Source of the DNA: Candidatus Omnitrophota bacterium
GTDB lineage: Bacteria > Omnitrophota > Gorgyraeia > VGKH01
Direction of reading: 5' to 3'
Assembly: GCA_022703055.1 (NCBI GenBank)
Contig: JAKLEP010000001.1
Span: 218,850 to 282,849, forward strand
Length of the DNA stretch: 64,000 bases
Of this stretch, positions 62,985-64,000 are shown in pieces (position 1 is the stretch's first letter; each line of letters starts with the position of its first letter). The notes below the pieces were generated by a model. That model saw only the letters and a list, made by a program, of their open reading frames with translations, ran no database searches and had not been told where the DNA came from. Both the position numbers and the translations under genes were made by a program.

Positions 62985-63013
62985 TTGACAAAAATGAGTT
63001 CATCGAATATACT
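62985..63013 (+). promoter_or_regulatory. consensus sigma70-type promoter upstream of tRNA-Thr/rpmG/secE/nusG
   Basis: TTGACA (62985-62990), 17-nt spacer, TATACT (63008-63013). About 19 nt before the tRNA 5' end. Confidence 0.6.
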
Positions 63014-63031
63014 TAAGCATTTACATAGCCT

Positions 63032-63107
63032 GCCCCTGTAGCTCAGTCGGCAGAGCACGTCCTTGGTAAGGACGGGGTCATCGGTTCAATTCCGATCGGG
63101 GGCTCCA
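63032..63107 (+). tRNA. tRNA-Thr (anticodon GGT), CCA encoded
   Basis: Hand-folded cloverleaf. Acceptor GCCCCTG/CGGGGGC, D-stem GCTC/GAGC, anticodon stem CGTCC/GGACG with loop TTGGTAA, T-arm ATCGG-TTCAATT-CCGAT, discriminator T, CCA. Confidence 0.9.
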
Positions 63108-63150
63108 GAGGAAAATTTTTGTCGCTTTTCGAAGCAACAGCGAGTTAATC

Positions 63151-63300
63151 ATGAGAGAACTAATAACTTTAGAATGTACTGTTTGTCGTCGGAGAAATTA
63201 TAATTCGACAAAAGATAAAAAGAAAAAACCGGCAAAATTGGAAATTAAAAAATTTTGCCGATTCTGCAGAAAACATACTCTGCATAAAGAATTAAAATAA
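63151..63300 (+). CDS. rpmG: 50S ribosomal protein L33
   Basis: Not in the ORF track (49 aa). MRELITLECTVCRRRNYNSTKDKKKKPAKLEIKKFCRFCRKHTLHKELK has the CxxC...CxxC zinc ribbon and L33 consensus. Confidence 0.9.
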   Translation: MRELITLECTVCRRRNYNSTKDKKKKPAKLEIKKFCRFCRKHTLHKELK

Positions 63301-63332
63301 TTTTTTTGCATCGTTGGTTTTTCTCTATTTTT

Positions 63333-63406
63333 AGGAGCGTCGGTTAACGGTAAACCACCGGTCTCCAAAACCGGGACTGCGGGTTCAATTCCTGCCGCTC
63401 CTGCCA
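63333..63406 (+). tRNA. tRNA-Trp (anticodon CCA), CCA encoded
   Basis: Hand-folded. Acceptor AGGAGCG/CGCTCCT, D-stem GGTT/AACC, anticodon stem CCGGT/ACCGG with loop CTCCAAA, T-arm GCGGG-TTCAATT-CCTGC, 4-nt variable loop. Confidence 0.85.
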
Positions 63407-63427
63407 ATTGATCAAAATAATAAAATT

Positions 63428-63613
63428 ATGTTCGATAAAGTAGGAAGATTTTTCTCTGAAGTTAAAGTTGAGTTGACCAAGGTGTCCTGGCCTAACCGTC
63501 AGGAGCTTGTTGCTTCAACTTGGTTAATTATAATTATGACTGCGCTTTTGGCTGTATTTATTGGTTTTACGGATTTAGCTCTTTCTAAAATGCTGGGACT
63601 ATTAGTAAAATGA
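63428..63613 (+). CDS. secE: preprotein translocase subunit SecE
   Basis: 61 aa. FFSEVKVELTKVSWPNRQEL followed by a single TM. Conserved position before nusG. Confidence 0.85.
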   Translation: MFDKVGRFFSEVKVELTKVSWPNRQELVASTWLIIIMTALLAVFIGFTDLALSKMLGLLVK

Positions 63614-64000
63614 AGAAATGGTACGTATTACATACTCAGACAGGTTCTGAGGAAAAAGTTAAATCAAGCATAGAAAATAAGATTACTTCGACTGGCTTGA
63701 ATGATTTGGTTGGAGAAGTAGTAATCCCCACCGAGCAGATTTCAGAGATTCGAGGCGGCAAGAAGAATATTTCCCGCAGGAAATTCTTTCCGGGTTACAT
63801 TTTGATCAACATGGATCTCACTGAAAAGAGTTGGTATTTAATAAAAACCACTCCTGGGATAACTGGTTTTATTGGTGCTGGCAGAAGGCCCACCCCCTTA
63901 ACCGAAGCCGAAGTCGATAATATATTAAAAAAGACCCGCGAGACAGAATCGAAGCCTAGCCCGAAAGTAATATTCGAGACAGGGGAGGCGGTAAGAATCA
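63610..64000 (+). CDS. nusG: transcription termination/antitermination factor NusG (3' end beyond window)
   Basis: MKKWYVLHTQTGSEEKVK... NGN domain start. ATGA overlap with secE. Runs off the window end. Confidence 0.85.
   Translation, partial: MKKWYVLHTQTGSEEKVKSSIENKITSTGLNDLVGEVVIPTEQISEIRGGKKNISRRKFFPGYILINMDLTEKSWYLIKTTPGITGFIGAGRRPTPLTEAEVDNILKKTRETESKPSPKVIFETGEAVRI

Noticed and set aside
63032-63406. The tRNA-Thr and tRNA-Trp genes as possible integration sites of a mobile element.
   Set aside because: No integrase, direct repeat of a tRNA 3' end, or compositional break was seen nearby. The tRNA-Thr/rpmG/tRNA-Trp/secE/nusG arrangement looks like an ordinary housekeeping gene cluster.
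63198-63407. 69-aa minus-strand ORF.
   Set aside because: It overlaps rpmG (L33) and is the reverse complement of tRNA-Trp, so it is an artefact.
1-64000. CRISPR arrays, transposases or IS elements, prophage genes, toxin-antitoxin pairs and restriction-modification genes.
   Set aside because: No spaced direct repeats, no DDE or tyrosine/serine recombinase motifs and no small paired ORFs of TA type were recognised in any frame.

Overview
This 64 kb window is AT-rich (roughly 40% GC by eye, not computed) and gene-dense, and looks like an uncultivated anaerobic bacterium. I call 64 CDS and 2 tRNAs; only one CDS (a PpiD-like chaperone) is on the minus strand. I saw no rRNA, CRISPR array, transposase, integrase or phage genes.

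The window splits into five modules:
- **1-3985:** a four-subunit 2-oxoacid:ferredoxin oxidoreductase (gamma-delta-alpha-beta order), a small ferredoxin and an AmmeMemoRadiSam-type radical SAM enzyme. A convergent PpiD-like chaperone and an HD-GYP phosphodiesterase follow.
- **6831-15604:** the most interesting part, a ten-gene RiPP-like operon behind one consensus promoter. It encodes an anchor-less S24/S26-type peptidase and two radical SAM/SPASM enzymes that flank a 108-aa precursor-like peptide. That peptide has seven C-x-x-G units spaced 9-11 residues apart. The operon also encodes two PqqD-like proteins, a third non-SPASM radical SAM enzyme, an HPr-kinase-like P-loop protein, an ABC exporter and a PF14907-like nucleotidyltransferase. 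I cannot match this combination to a characterised RiPP class.
- **15636-40242:** a polysaccharide locus of about 24.6 kb of the Wza/Wzc/Wzy/Wzx type. It carries two flippases, six glycosyltransferase genes (one a tandem GT4 fusion, one GT9), three methyltransferases, an AsnB-like amidotransferase, a deacetylase and a WecA-like initiating transferase.
- **40263-51827:** a type IV pilus / T2SS-like locus. It holds an ExeA/MshM-like ATPase, two pilins, a TMTC-like GT-C/TPR membrane protein, two pseudopilins, a 569-aa PilX-like protein and pilMNOPQ. No extension ATPase, platform protein or prepilin peptidase lies in the window.
- **51896-64000:** housekeeping genes: rng, rplU, obg, proBA, nadD, rpe, a PGM/PMM-family mutase, plsC, rpsA, tyrS, tRNA-Thr, rpmG, tRNA-Trp, secE and a partial nusG.

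Near-consensus sigma70-type promoters and several intrinsic terminators mark the module boundaries. All functional calls rest on motif recognition by eye; no database search was possible.
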